The notes beneath the pieces were generated by a model. That model had not been told where the DNA came from and searched no databases. It was given only the letters and a program-made list of their open reading frames with translations. A stretch of 61,766 bases of DNA, counting the filler, from Syncephalis fuscata S228 (lineage: Eukaryota > Fungi > Zoopagomycota): NCBI GenBank assembly GCA_025786725.1. It is 4 parts of 4 records of this genome, joined end to end, with 100 filler letters (N's around TTAATTAATTAA, not from the genome) between each part and the next. Parts side by side here need not be neighbours in the genome. Positions count along the whole stretch, not along the records: positions 1 to 15,390 come from JAHLTZ010000217.1; 3 more parts are not named here. One strand, written 5' to 3'. Position numbers and translations under genes: made by a program. Shown piece by piece: positions 1 to 11,067 of this stretch (the first letter of the stretch is position 1; each line of letters starts with the position of its first letter).

Positions 1-527
1 TTGCAAAAATGTTAGTCAAAAATGCAATTTACGTAATATTGCTAACAAAAGCAATTAAAGTTATACGATTTAAAGATTTTAATTTTAAAAATCAAATTGG
101 CATAAAGTAAATTTAAAGCATTCACAACGCCAAAACAAGCATAATGGCAATTTAATATGCAGAAATATTGCTGTAAAGTGGCAATTTATGCTACTGATAT
201 ACATATAACTTAGGTTTTTGTTAGCAAATATTACGTAAATTGCATTTTTGACTAACATTTTTGCAAAAATCATTGTTCTATAAAACATACCAATGTGTAT
301 AACTAAGCATGGACAACTCGAATCCAGCAATCATTTTGCTGTATTTTGTTTACACAAGCCATAAATGGTAAAAAAACGGCCATTTTTGCACATTTATTAG
401 CGTATTATCGCAACCATTGGTCTATACCGCAACACAACTACGGTATACTTCGCTAATAGTTGTCTGTATGTCATGTGCATGCTTGTGCAAAATATCATGC
501 AGTTTGCTTGATTATACGTAAAGTTAT
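1..527. repeat. Partial copy of the foldback repeat core (matches ~4562-5088), cut by window start
   Basis: Near-identical to 4562-5088; the same spurious 81-aa ORF occurs at 85-330 and 4648-4893. Confidence 0.9.
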
Positions 528-1435
528 TGTTATAATTGTGACTAATATTATATCTTTTTATCCATTATTTTACGCCACAGGAATGTGGTAATTGCAAACA
601 TTACTAAGACAATTATCATCATAATATAGCCATCAGTCTAAATAACGAATATATTAGCACGTGGCCAATTAATAATATAATGCTTATTTACTTCTTTTCT
701 ATTGTTATTTAACAAACACCATTTTTCTTACTATTCTTTCAACTTTACTAAAAAGCTAAACATTGGTTTAAACAGCGTAGTTACATATTGCACTGCTCAA
801 CAGCCATATAAATTATAATAAAGCAATTCTTTTTTTCATCTTATTGTATATACGCGCAGCATTTTTGAGCTTCTGAATATCAATAAAAGCAGCTGCTACG
901 TATAGCGATTTGAATTCGTTATTCTATGTGTCTAATGTAATTGTTTAAATACTCGTTGTCGTCAAAGTCACTACTTTCTGACTATCGTAGGACTTGATCA
1001 ATAGAATGTGTGTGTTAGATAAGACAGTTCAACAATTGGATGTAAGATATCGTTTATTAGTTAATAAAATGAGTTGGTTTTTATACTAAAATAATTAGTA
1101 TAGCCGTGTGATAATAGTAATAATAATAATAATAATAGTAATAATGATACTATGACGTCGGCGATCATCGTCATAAGATCATGGGTTAGTCAGGAGTGAG
1201 TTCATATGGCTAGTCATCGGATTGATCATATGAATAGATAATTCATATGACTAGTCATATGGTGAATATTTGGTGCCGGGTGGAGTGGTGTGTAATTTAG
1301 TCAGGCAAAAATTCAAAGTCCGACACTCGTAAAGCACACGCACCATCTCTCATCCTATTTTCTCTTGGGAACGCGGTATTCTTATACAAAAACAGTCACA
1401 CCATGTGGCTGGTGCAAAATTTTAACGATGCAAAA

Positions 1436-1507
1436 TGGAGGTAACGGGGTTTGAACCCGTGGCCTCTCGCATGCAAAGCGAGCGCGCTACCACTGCGCTA
1501 TACCCCC
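1436..1507 (-). tRNA. tRNA-Ala(UGC)
   Basis: GGGGGTATAGCGCAGTGGTAGCGCGCTCGCTTTGCATGCGAGAGGCCACGGGTTCAAACCCCGTTACCTCCA; cloverleaf, TGC anticodon, G3:U70 Ala identity pair. Confidence 0.97.
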
Positions 1508-1539
1508 ATGGGAAAGCACCTGCTTGCAATTTTACAATT

Positions 1540-1553
1540 TTTTAAATATATAT
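1540..1553 (-). promoter_or_regulatory. TATA-like element upstream of tRNA-Ala (ATATATATTTAAAA, -46..-33)
   Basis: Identical 14-mer at the identical offset upstream of tRNA-Thr (48443-48456). Confidence 0.6.
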
Positions 1554-2308
1554 TCCTATTTTTATTTTTATTTTATTTACTTTTTATGTTGACTTTTTAA
1601 ACAGTTAGTTTTACTATATAATTCACTAGTATTTAAGACCCAAAATACTAGTTTTTTTTATGTATATTATGTTGTTATTTCAATTTAATGCTAGTAATAT
1701 ATTGTATAAATATAAACATAATTTATTTTTAGTTATTTGACACAGCAGTTTATAACATACATTTTTAATTATTCATAATACAATTTGACTAATAATTTAA
1801 AAATAGTAATTTAATTAAAAAGCTTCATCGATTTTGCATATAATTATAATTATATACTATTCAGAAATATTAAATTTACATGTATACAAATCTAATGATA
1901 ATTAATACTAGTTTGCTACTTAATCTTGCCACTGTTTACAGATAATTTGAATAAACAAGTGTATATAATAACAATTGTATAGAAACTAGAAACAAATACG
2001 ATTTAGCAATGCGGTAGTATTAGTTTGCAATCGTAGTATACATATAGGTATATTTGATCAATCATATCGATGCTAATGCTAATAAAATAGTATTTAGCTA
2101 ATTGTTACTTTATTAGTATAGCCATTCTTTAAATGTTAGCAACAAATAAATCAATCAATTAAATGGAGTTGCTAAAACCATATTAGTTTATCCCGCATGA
2201 GTTGGTCGAATCAAATGACGAAAGTGAAGTAACAGTGCGATCTAAAACAGCACGAATGCGGGGAGGGGGAGGCCAATTTGTTTCGTTTTTATTCTCGTAT
2301 CCTTTCAA

Positions 2309-3277
2309 ATGTCACTTTTTGAATCCGCAGCAGCAGCTTTACTTGCTCGCGCGCACAGAGATAGCGATGCGCTGCTTTCTCTGTCATGTGCATCTACACG
2401 GCAAAGAATCGTCCTGCTGAGGGATTCTTTACCTCCTGAAGAGCTATGGCAGTGGCAACAAGAAGATTCCGCGACAGCAAACTGTGATGATACGCAGGCG
2501 CTTATTGAGCACTTATTCACACAGTCTTCAGTAAACGTATCGAAAGTACTTTCGCCAGCAACATTCCGAATAATCGATGGCGCCACACGAAGAGCACGTT
2601 TACGTTTTGCGGTAAAAAAGGTTGGCCAAATTAACAGCTCTCTTGCTGGCTTATCATATGAGTATTATATTATAATGGAGCGTGAGCCAGACGGTATATG
2701 GCGCTACTTTAATACTATTATTGAAAAGCATAGTACAACTATCAACGGAAACGACGGTAGTGCAACTAAATCAATAAAATCTGATTTATGGTTCGACTCT
2801 ATTGGTATGGCAGAAGATGCAGCAAGACACGGAGGAAAGCCTGTAGGTACGGATGCTTTAACTACGGAAATAGCATTTGACAAACAAAATAACTATGTTG
2901 CCTATGGACAACCGAGCATGTATGAAAACAACGAAAATGACGACGAGGATGACGACGACAATTATTGGGCAATGTACGGTAGCAGCACGCCGGCCAAAGC
3001 ATCGCTACCATCTCGTGCCAATGTAGCTACTGAGGATGATTATTGGTCACGCTATGATGCTATTGACTCGCAAACACCTCCACCACGCAAAGATGGTGCT
3101 AAAGCAGCTCAAAGTAATGCGGCCAAACATGTTGTTCCTGATAATTCATCGCGTCAGCTATCAAGTATTGGTGACCCACGAGACGTACTACTACAGAATC
3201 TTCGTGTTTTACGACACATGGCTGAACGGATGGGCATTAACAAGAATGAATTCATTGAAATGGCACGACAAGCTTAA
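2309..3277 (+). CDS. Hypothetical protein, 322 aa, with two acidic DD(D/N)YW-x-x-Y motifs
   Basis: Uninterrupted ATG-initiated ORF, GC-richer than its flanks. Confidence 0.8.
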   Translation: MSLFESAAAALLARAHRDSDALLSLSCASTRQRIVLLRDSLPPEELWQWQQEDSATANCDDTQALIEHLFTQSSVNVSKVLSPATFRIIDGATRRARLRFAVKKVGQINSSLAGLSYEYYIIMEREPDGIWRYFNTIIEKHSTTINGNDGSATKSIKSDLWFDSIGMAEDAARHGGKPVGTDALTTEIAFDKQNNYVAYGQPSMYENNENDDEDDDDNYWAMYGSSTPAKASLPSRANVATEDDYWSRYDAIDSQTPPPRKDGAKAAQSNAAKHVVPDNSSRQLSSIGDPRDVLLQNLRVLRHMAERMGINKNEFIEMARQA

Positions 3278-3497
3278 AGGCATGCTTAGCATAAATGACA
3301 AGTAACTTATAACTGTGATAAAATATAATTAACAATAAAATAAATATTAAATAACAGCAATTTATTGGTATAAAGTATTTCTATAGCTATTCAACAGATT
3401 GATGACATGAATTACTATCGTTACTTTTTATTATTTTGTTTAGTACCGATAGTAATTAAATTATTTATAATTTTAACTGCAAAATACCATTAAACAG

Positions 3498-5616
3498 TTT
3501 ATTTTATTAAACTTATTAAAAATATTATTATTTGGTGGTCAAATAACTATATTTAATATTCACACAATTGGACTACATATTTGTTCTATTGAATATGCGA
3601 ATGGGTGGTAAGTTATATTGGCCATCAAATTTACTATATGATAATTCTATTAGCATGATTGTTTTGTGTAAATATATCTATTGCAAATATTGTCACATCG
3701 TTACATTTGCACAACATTGCAATATTGATACTTGCATTGTCTTATTCTCTAGCTTTTTACAATTCCATGCCGATCTATTTGGCGCTGACTAGCCCAATAA
3801 TCAATAATCATAAATGACCAGTCCAATAAATGTTTTAATAAAGCAAAAGTTTGTGCACACTCGTATTCATTGTTTATCTGTATGGCTCAATAAACAAAAT
3901 AAATCAAGTTTATTGGTAATAAAGCTAGAGACAAACGGTTACTAGTTATGAATAGTATGTAGCTACTACAAATAAGTAATATAGAATAGAATGCGTATAC
4001 TGTGGAAAGTATATGAGTAGTAGTGCTAAGATTACAATGCATAAAACATTATCATTGGCGTACAATATCCATGGACATTGTATGATACATCATTTGTTAT
4101 TTACAATAAATATAACCATTGCAGAAATGTAATTTATCATTTCTGACAGCTGTGTTTTAACAGAATACGCTATTTTCATTTATAATACCTTGAAATGACG
4201 ATAAATATTAATTTACGAATTCAGACGTAAAACCATTGCGTCCATGTTATAAAGTATTCTAATAGCAATAATTTACTTAATTAAACATTATTAAGGTTGT
4301 GCATAACTTACGTATAATGAAGCAAACTGCATGATATTTTGCACAAGCATGCACATGACATATAGATAGCTATTAGCAAAGTATACCGTAGTTGTGTTGT
4401 GGTATAGACCAATGGTTGCGATAATACGCTAATAAATGTGCAAAAATGGCCGTTTTTTGCCATTTATGGCTTGTGTAAACAAAATACAGCAAAATGATTG
4501 CTGGATTCGAGTTGTCCATGCTTAGTTATACACATTGGTATGTTTTATAGAACAATGATTTTTGCAAAAATGTTAGTCAAAAATGCAATTTACGTAATAT
4601 TTGCTAACAAAAGCAATTAAAGTTATACGATTTTAAAGATTTTAATATTAAAAATCAAATTGGCATAAAGTAAATTTAAAGCATTCACAACGCCAAAACA
4701 AGCATAATGGCAATTTAATATGCAGAAATATTGCTGTAAAGTGGCAATTTATGCTACTGATATACATATAACTTAGGTTTTTGTTAGCAAATATTACGTA
4801 AATTGCATTTTTGACTAACATTTTTGCAAAAATCATTGTTCTATAAAACATACCAATGTGTATAACTAAGCATGGACAACTCGAATCCAGCAATCATTTT
4901 GCTGTATTTTGTTTACACAAGCCATAAATGGCAAAAAACGGCCATTTTTGCACATTTATTAGCGTATTATCGCAACCATTGGTCTATACCACAACACAAC
5001 TACGGTATACTTTGCTAATAGCTATCTATATGTCATGTGCATGCTTGTGCAAAATATCATGCAGTTTGCTTCATTATACGTAAGTTATGCACAACCTTAA
5101 TAATGTTTAATTAAGTAAATTATTGCTATTAGAATACTTTATAACATGGACGCAATGGTTTTACGTCTGAATTTGTAAATTAATGTTTATCGTCATTTCA
5201 AGGTATTATAAATGAAAATAGCGTATTCTGTTAAAACACAGCTGTTAGAAATATAGCTATTACATTTCTGCAATGGTTATATTTATTGGACTGGTCATTT
5301 ATGATTATTGATTATTGGGCTATTCAGCGCCAAATAGATCGGCATGGAACTGTAAAAAGCTAGAGAATAAGACAATGCAAGTATCAATATTGCAATGTTG
5401 TGCAAATGTAACGATGTGACAATATTTGCAATAGATATATTTACACAAAACAATCATGCTAATAGAATTATCATATAGTAAATTTGATGGCCAATATAAC
5501 TTACCGCCCATTCGCATATTCAATAGAACAAATATGTAGTCCAATTGTGTGAATATTAAATATAGTTATTTGACCACCAAATAATAATATATTTTAATAA
5601 GTTTTAATAAAATAAA
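3498..5616. mobile_element. ~2.1 kb foldback / long inverted-repeat element, non-coding
   Basis: 3498-4612 is the reverse complement of 4779-5616, apart from a 280 bp left-arm extra segment bounded by CAATAAAT (3824-3831, 4104-4111); ~166 bp spacer. Confidence 0.85.
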
Positions 5617-6559
5617 GATAATTAAATAAGCTAATAATCTTATTATTTAAATGAATAATATAAATGTATTTATGTTGAGTGTAACTAGCTATTATATGGT
5701 AACAATGTAATAAGATGCACGTGACTAAATCAAATGGTACAACTGCTAACTGCTATATTGTTATTTATATTGTAATAAAGTTATTTATTTAAAAGTATGC
5801 CATGTGGAAGCTATATAATTGAATTTATATACTATTAAATGTAAAATCAATTGTAACATATAGACATCGTCAACCAAGAGTTAAATAATTCGAGTACTAG
5901 CTTGATACACCACTGGGCTAAACGGCACTAGTCCAGTTGCTATTAACTTCCACTAGATATGCATTTAAATTATATTATATTGGCAACCTTAATTACAGCT
6001 TCAATTCTAATTAACTTGGCTTTAATATGAGTATTAGGAAAATAAATAAATAATCTTTTAGTTAATTTTACAGGTTCGTGACAAATTAGTTTGATTTGGC
6101 GTTCATCACGAATGTAATGGCTACAAAAGTTATGAATAATGTGCAGACAGTAGTAAATGTAAGCTTCAGTGTAATGTCGATTTGTTCAAATAAACAAGTA
6201 TAATAAAAATAGTTGTTCAGTGTAAATTGAGTATTAAATAGTATTTGGCAGAAAGTAGAATGTAAGAATTCTACCATTAATTTATTGTCGTCGTCATTTG
6301 CATGCTATTTGGATCAATAATTATAAAAAGGCATTGAGTGAGGTATAATTTATAAATATATCGCTTGAATGTAATGTGCACCAATAAAAATACATCCACA
6401 TGGTAGACTGGAGTGTATAGTATAATATACGCACACGCACATTTAATGTTGTTATGAGTAATAACAGCTAGAATATTTGATAAAATAAACCGAATATGCG
6501 TTTGTTATTGCATAATAATAGTCTGGAGCATACATATTATTAATCCTAATTCAAACGTC

Positions 6560-7186
6560 TTAGCAACTAATGACGCGATCATGCTTAGCAATAACTTTTT
6601 TGCCATCAGAAGATACAAAAGCTTCATACTCATGCATTGGAAGAGATACGAGAAACTTCCATGCAGGCTCAATAGATATATCCTCAACATGGTAATATGT
6701 TTTTTCGCCAAATGCACGTTTAGTGCGGTCAGGATTAGTAAAACTTTCTGTTTGCATATCCTCAATGGACTGTTCTCGTCTGTCACCTTCTACAAGTTGA
6801 ATATCAGCTGGATCTTGGCCAAGATGACCGGCAAGTGTTTTAAAGGCATCACGGATGGATACATATCGTGGCGATGCCAGACTGGTGGCAATGTCTCCGT
6901 GGAAAAATCTATCCTCATATGTACATACATGATTGTTTCTGTCAACGTGTACCCGAATGCTAGTATTCTCAATAGGTGTCCCATTTAGCACCTGTTTTAA
7001 ATTTACATGGGTTACATCCATTCCACTTGACTTGTAATGGCTTAGTACAATGTAGTCATCCTGTTTAACGCCAAGTATTTCATGCGTAAAAGCCAAAGCT
7101 ACATCCAATGGACTTCCGGCCGATGCAAATCGCGCACCATCTCTTTGAAGCGTCTCCGAGGTGACGGCAGTTTCGTATTTAACCAT
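6560..7186 (-). CDS. Fungalysin (M36)-type propeptide-only protein (FTP + PepSY-like), 208 aa
   Basis: VTHVNLKQVLNGTPIENTSIRVHVDRNNHV matches the FTP pattern; PAWKFLV..HEYEAFVSSDGKKVIAKHDRV resembles the end of M36 prodomains; no HExxH, no signal peptide. Confidence 0.75.
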   Translation of the reverse strand: MVKYETAVTSETLQRDGARFASAGSPLDVALAFTHEILGVKQDDYIVLSHYKSSGMDVTHVNLKQVLNGTPIENTSIRVHVDRNNHVCTYEDRFFHGDIATSLASPRYVSIRDAFKTLAGHLGQDPADIQLVEGDRREQSIEDMQTESFTNPDRTKRAFGEKTYYHVEDISIEPAWKFLVSLPMHEYEAFVSSDGKKVIAKHDRVISC

Positions 7187-7912
7187 TTTGTAAACTTGAA
7201 TGAGAGTAGAAATGAAAACAAAAAAATGACGTATAAAGCCGACGAATTGATCTAATAGGAGCAGAGTGAATAAGGCCTAAATTTAATTTGTGCTGGCCTT
7301 ATTGAAGTATTGTTTAATCAGCAACAGCCACCTGTTTTTTCTATTGGCTTAAGCAGGTAAAATGATGACATCATTACTCATTTTAGCAGCTTTTAGTAGG
7401 ATGCCAAAGGGCATTTGAATACAGGATAATTCTGAATCCATTACTCTTTGTTTACAGTAAAGTGACAATCAAGCAAAACACAATGATAGACTATCTGATA
7501 AATCTGGAATTAATTTAATAGTTTACATTTCTGGCTTAAATAGCGACGTTTAATAAATACTAAAACAGCGCTGACCTTATAACAACACGGCTTGATGACT
7601 ATTAATCAATTATAGTTTGTATTTGTCAAGTCTGCCATCATCTAGTAATAACTAACTAATAACTTTGGATAGTCTGTATATAGTATATAAACTACAGTTC
7701 GGCATGGGTATAGAAAATGATGCTATAATAGCTTGTATGTAGATGGCACCTCTACTTTAATTGAGGCCTTATTGCGAATATACCAATGCTAATGCCTTTT
7801 CATTGTAGTGATAGCATGCTATTACCAAATAAAATGCACTAATTTGATCCTTTAATTGTAAGATATCCACACAAATTGCTCGCATAAACAGTTTCCTATT
7901 GATATACCTAGT

Positions 7913-7999
7913 GCACTGATGATATTCACTGGTGTGGATAGCGGGCTTCAAACCCGTTGGCGATTTGTTTCGCAGCGGTTCGATTCCGCCTTCGGTGCG
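7913..7999 (+). tRNA. tRNA-Sec (selenocysteine), anticodon UCA, eukaryotic 9/4 fold
   Basis: GCACTGATG-AT-ATTCAC-TGGT-GTGGAT-A-GCGGG-CTTCAAA-CCCGT-TG-GCGA-TTTGTT-TCGC-A-GCGG-TTCGATT-CCGC-CTTCGGTGC-G: 9-bp acceptor with U:U mismatch, 6-bp D stem with UGGU loop, UCA at 7948-7950, long variable arm, 4-bp T stem, G73, 87 nt. Confidence 0.93.
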
Positions 8000-8523
8000 T
8001 AGCATGTCCTCATGCGCACGCTGCAAGTGTAGTAAGTTGTTAGTGTTTTGAACGATATATCCGACTATTGGATCCCTATTACAGACACAGTTCATGTCTG
8101 TTTTTTAAACACCCCTTAGCTCATGCCCAGTTTAAAAACGCTAATGCATCGCATGCTGCGATTTAAGCCATTAGCAGAAATAGCGTAATATGTTTTGGAT
8201 AATAAAATGATATCTTATTAAATAAACGCGTATGTTTTATACTGTTTAATTAAAATATGAAGCCAGTATTTATTCGATGACGGATATAATTTGCCACACA
8301 TTTATCTGTCGGTCAGCATTGGTTAGTTGGCTGATGATTATATCCGAATTACATTTGGTCAGTAAATGGTAAAATAATAGTCCGATACGTGTGAATATCT
8401 TCATACTTAAACCGTGCACAGACAACATTGTATTCTCATGGAGCAATGAAATAGCAAAGCGATTGTGCTGGAGAGAATTGCCATCAACTATCGTAGTATT
8501 CAATTACTAGTATTTCTATAATC

Positions 8524-9888
8524 ATGCTTTTTACAACTTGTCTCATGAACTGCTTGTATTGATATTTTTGCAATTGGATATTAAGTCATTATTTGCATTT
8601 GCAAAACTAGCAGCAGTTTATTTTATAGTATAATAGAGGACGATATTTTATGGAAGTGCATCTACAAGCAAACTTTTTTCTTTAATCGCTGCGAGCAAGA
8701 GTTTTATACAAAGTTAAAATCTTTTCTGGATGCATCAAATACAAGTGGTCGAATAGCAATACATTTGCTACTTTATAGACGGCGCATGGAGGTTGAAAAT
8801 AACTGGTATAGCTGGCGATTTACAACAATAGATCAACAATGTCAATATACAAAAGATATAGACAGCTGTATTAGTCGGCTAACAATGTGTATTGCTTTAC
8901 AGCAACAACAACAACAACATCCTGTCTTATTAGATGACTATGCATCACCCGTAGATATTTCAAAACTAAACACACTATCAAATAAGCGGCTAAACTCATT
9001 TATAAAAACAATAGATAATAGCAAAAAAGAGTCTTTTAGAATCGAGAAGCTGCATTCTACAGCAGTATTTGTTTTTAGTAAAATGATAATTCAACAAAAA
9101 ACTGGAATAAGCTTGAAGCTTCTTACATGGAAAAGCGACTGCTGCACTTTTATTAGTGCAATTAATTTAGACAAATCATTTCAGCTATTAGATGTGTTTG
9201 ATAATTGGATACTGGTCGGAGAAACTAAGCCTGGTGATGCTTTAGTTATTTACAAAATATGCAACCTAATTACTGGAACAACTACTAGCAGCTTTATTTT
9301 TGATAGAAACGCCACCTGCCATTTACAAGCAGCTACACAGTGCAGTGTTTGTATTTATACTGTCACACCACTTGCAAATGGCCAATCTGCAAACTGGGAA
9401 TTGTGGCGAGTTGGCAGAGATAGTCACAAGGAATGTATAAACCATGGATCTATTGCTTTGCCATCCACAGGTGGATATCGATTAGTTTTGACACGAAGGA
9501 TTGACAATCAAAGCGTGCTATTACAATTTTGGTCTGGTGGAATTATCGGCGAAGACTGTTATATGACTTTTCACACTCTGGGTAAACAATCTATTTCTTG
9601 GGGTAGATTGCTGGATGGTAGCATTATAATAGCAATTTTATGCAAGAAGGGCGTTGTTTTTGTAGATGGAGCTGGCGACCCTGTATTGTAGTAAATATTG
9701 TTGATGGCGCGACATTGCGAAGCTTAAAATTTTCAAAAAAGTGCTATATAAAACTTAGAATTGGCGCTATCGTTCAAGTATACCAGTACGATGAACGACG
9801 GGCCATTTATACAATAGATTTATCTTCAGGAGCTCAAAGACAATCAATTTGCACTGAAAACCGATTGATTTTATTCAGCGTGCGTTAA
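8524..9888 (+). CDS. F-box protein, frameshifted at homopolymers (assembly error or pseudogene)
   Basis: FYNLSHELLVLIFLQLDIKSLFAFAK..IEDDILWKCIY is an F-box; restoring one base in runs near 8530, 8605 and 9681 joins the 8765-9691 and 9640-9888 ORFs. Confidence 0.7.
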
Positions 9889-11067
9889 TATGAAATGTAA
9901 TTGGACGATTTGGAGAAATGCTCAAGTAGTAATGAGCAGAAGCGCTCTGCCTCTTGGACAAAAATAGCATGACCGCATACTCTAAAAACTTCCAAACGTG
10001 CTTTCAAATACTTTGCAAGAAATTCCGAATTGGAGGCAGCAATGATGGCATCTTGGTCGCCAGTGCATACCAATACTGGGAAACGGGCGTGTAAGATCCG
10101 CTGAAGACCTTCGTTGCAAAGATAATGGTGTTCTACAGCCCAAAGTTGTCTTTCGTAGCCTTCGGGTGTCTGTGGTTTACTGCTTGACAAAGCGTTACGG
10201 AAAAGCTGTGATTAAACGTTGTTAGTAGTGTTGCTGTGTATTGCTAAGTAATATACTGTACATTGGTTATAAAGTCGCGATTGGTTTGCCTGGGATTGTA
10301 CTTGTTTGGTGCATCCAGCCAAACCTTGGGATATTCTATTTGAAGCATTTTAGCCTCTTGTTCAGGATTCATTGGTTCTAGCTTTCGTGGAAGTGCTCCC
10401 GGAACCTAATGATATTGTATTGAAAATAAAATAAAAATTAGTTACCCATGCATTAGAAATAGTATATAGCATACTTACTGGAGTTGGCTGCCACTTGGCC
10501 GTAGTGCTCACTAGGCATAGTGATTTAATGTAGCTGGGATAGTCGCTAGCCAGCTGCATTGCAATCATGCCGCCCATGCTGACTCCGATAACATGCACGT
10601 TTGATTTCCATCCTAAATGATTCAAAAGTTGTATGGTGTCTTCAGACATATCTTTAACGCTATAAGAGTATATAACAGCAGCATAATTATTTAATGTTTT
10701 ACAAGCTGTTTAAAATAATCTTACACGTAGTTGCCTTGGGTACATCTAATATTACTTGGTTAGTATGCTATTAGTTCTATAATTTTATCATAGATGTTTA
10801 CCAGAATGGCCTACACCGCGATTATCGATCGTTAACACCTGGTATCCTCGTTGCGCCAAGAATTGTGCCTCTATATTCCATGCTTCACGAGAGTTGTTTA
10901 AGCCTGCACGTCTGGTTAGCACTGTTCGTTGTATGACATTGAGTGGCTAAGTGTTCGTACCAGAAAGAAACACAACATGTTGTGCTCCCGTGCATGCAAC
11001 TCGTATGCTATTTGAACCAGTCTTTTGGTACAACGGTCCATGACCTTGAATACTCCTTGTACTGCAT
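9885..11067 (-). CDS. Alpha/beta-fold hydrolase, multi-exon (5' end approximate)
   Basis: IAYELH..G N-terminal motif, IDNRGVGHS, HVIGVSMGGMIA nucleophile elbow, PVLVCTGDQD acid, CGHAI catalytic His; GT-AG introns. Confidence 0.85.

Noticed and set aside
7913-7999. Opal suppressor tRNA-Trp/Ser or bacterial SelC as alternative identity
   Set aside because: A 9-bp acceptor, 4-bp T stem and 6-bp D stem fit neither the standard 7/5 fold nor the bacterial 8/5 fold.
7769-8095. 108-aa minus-strand ORF
   Set aside because: Antisense shadow of the tRNA-Sec gene (GGIEP is the reversed T arm).
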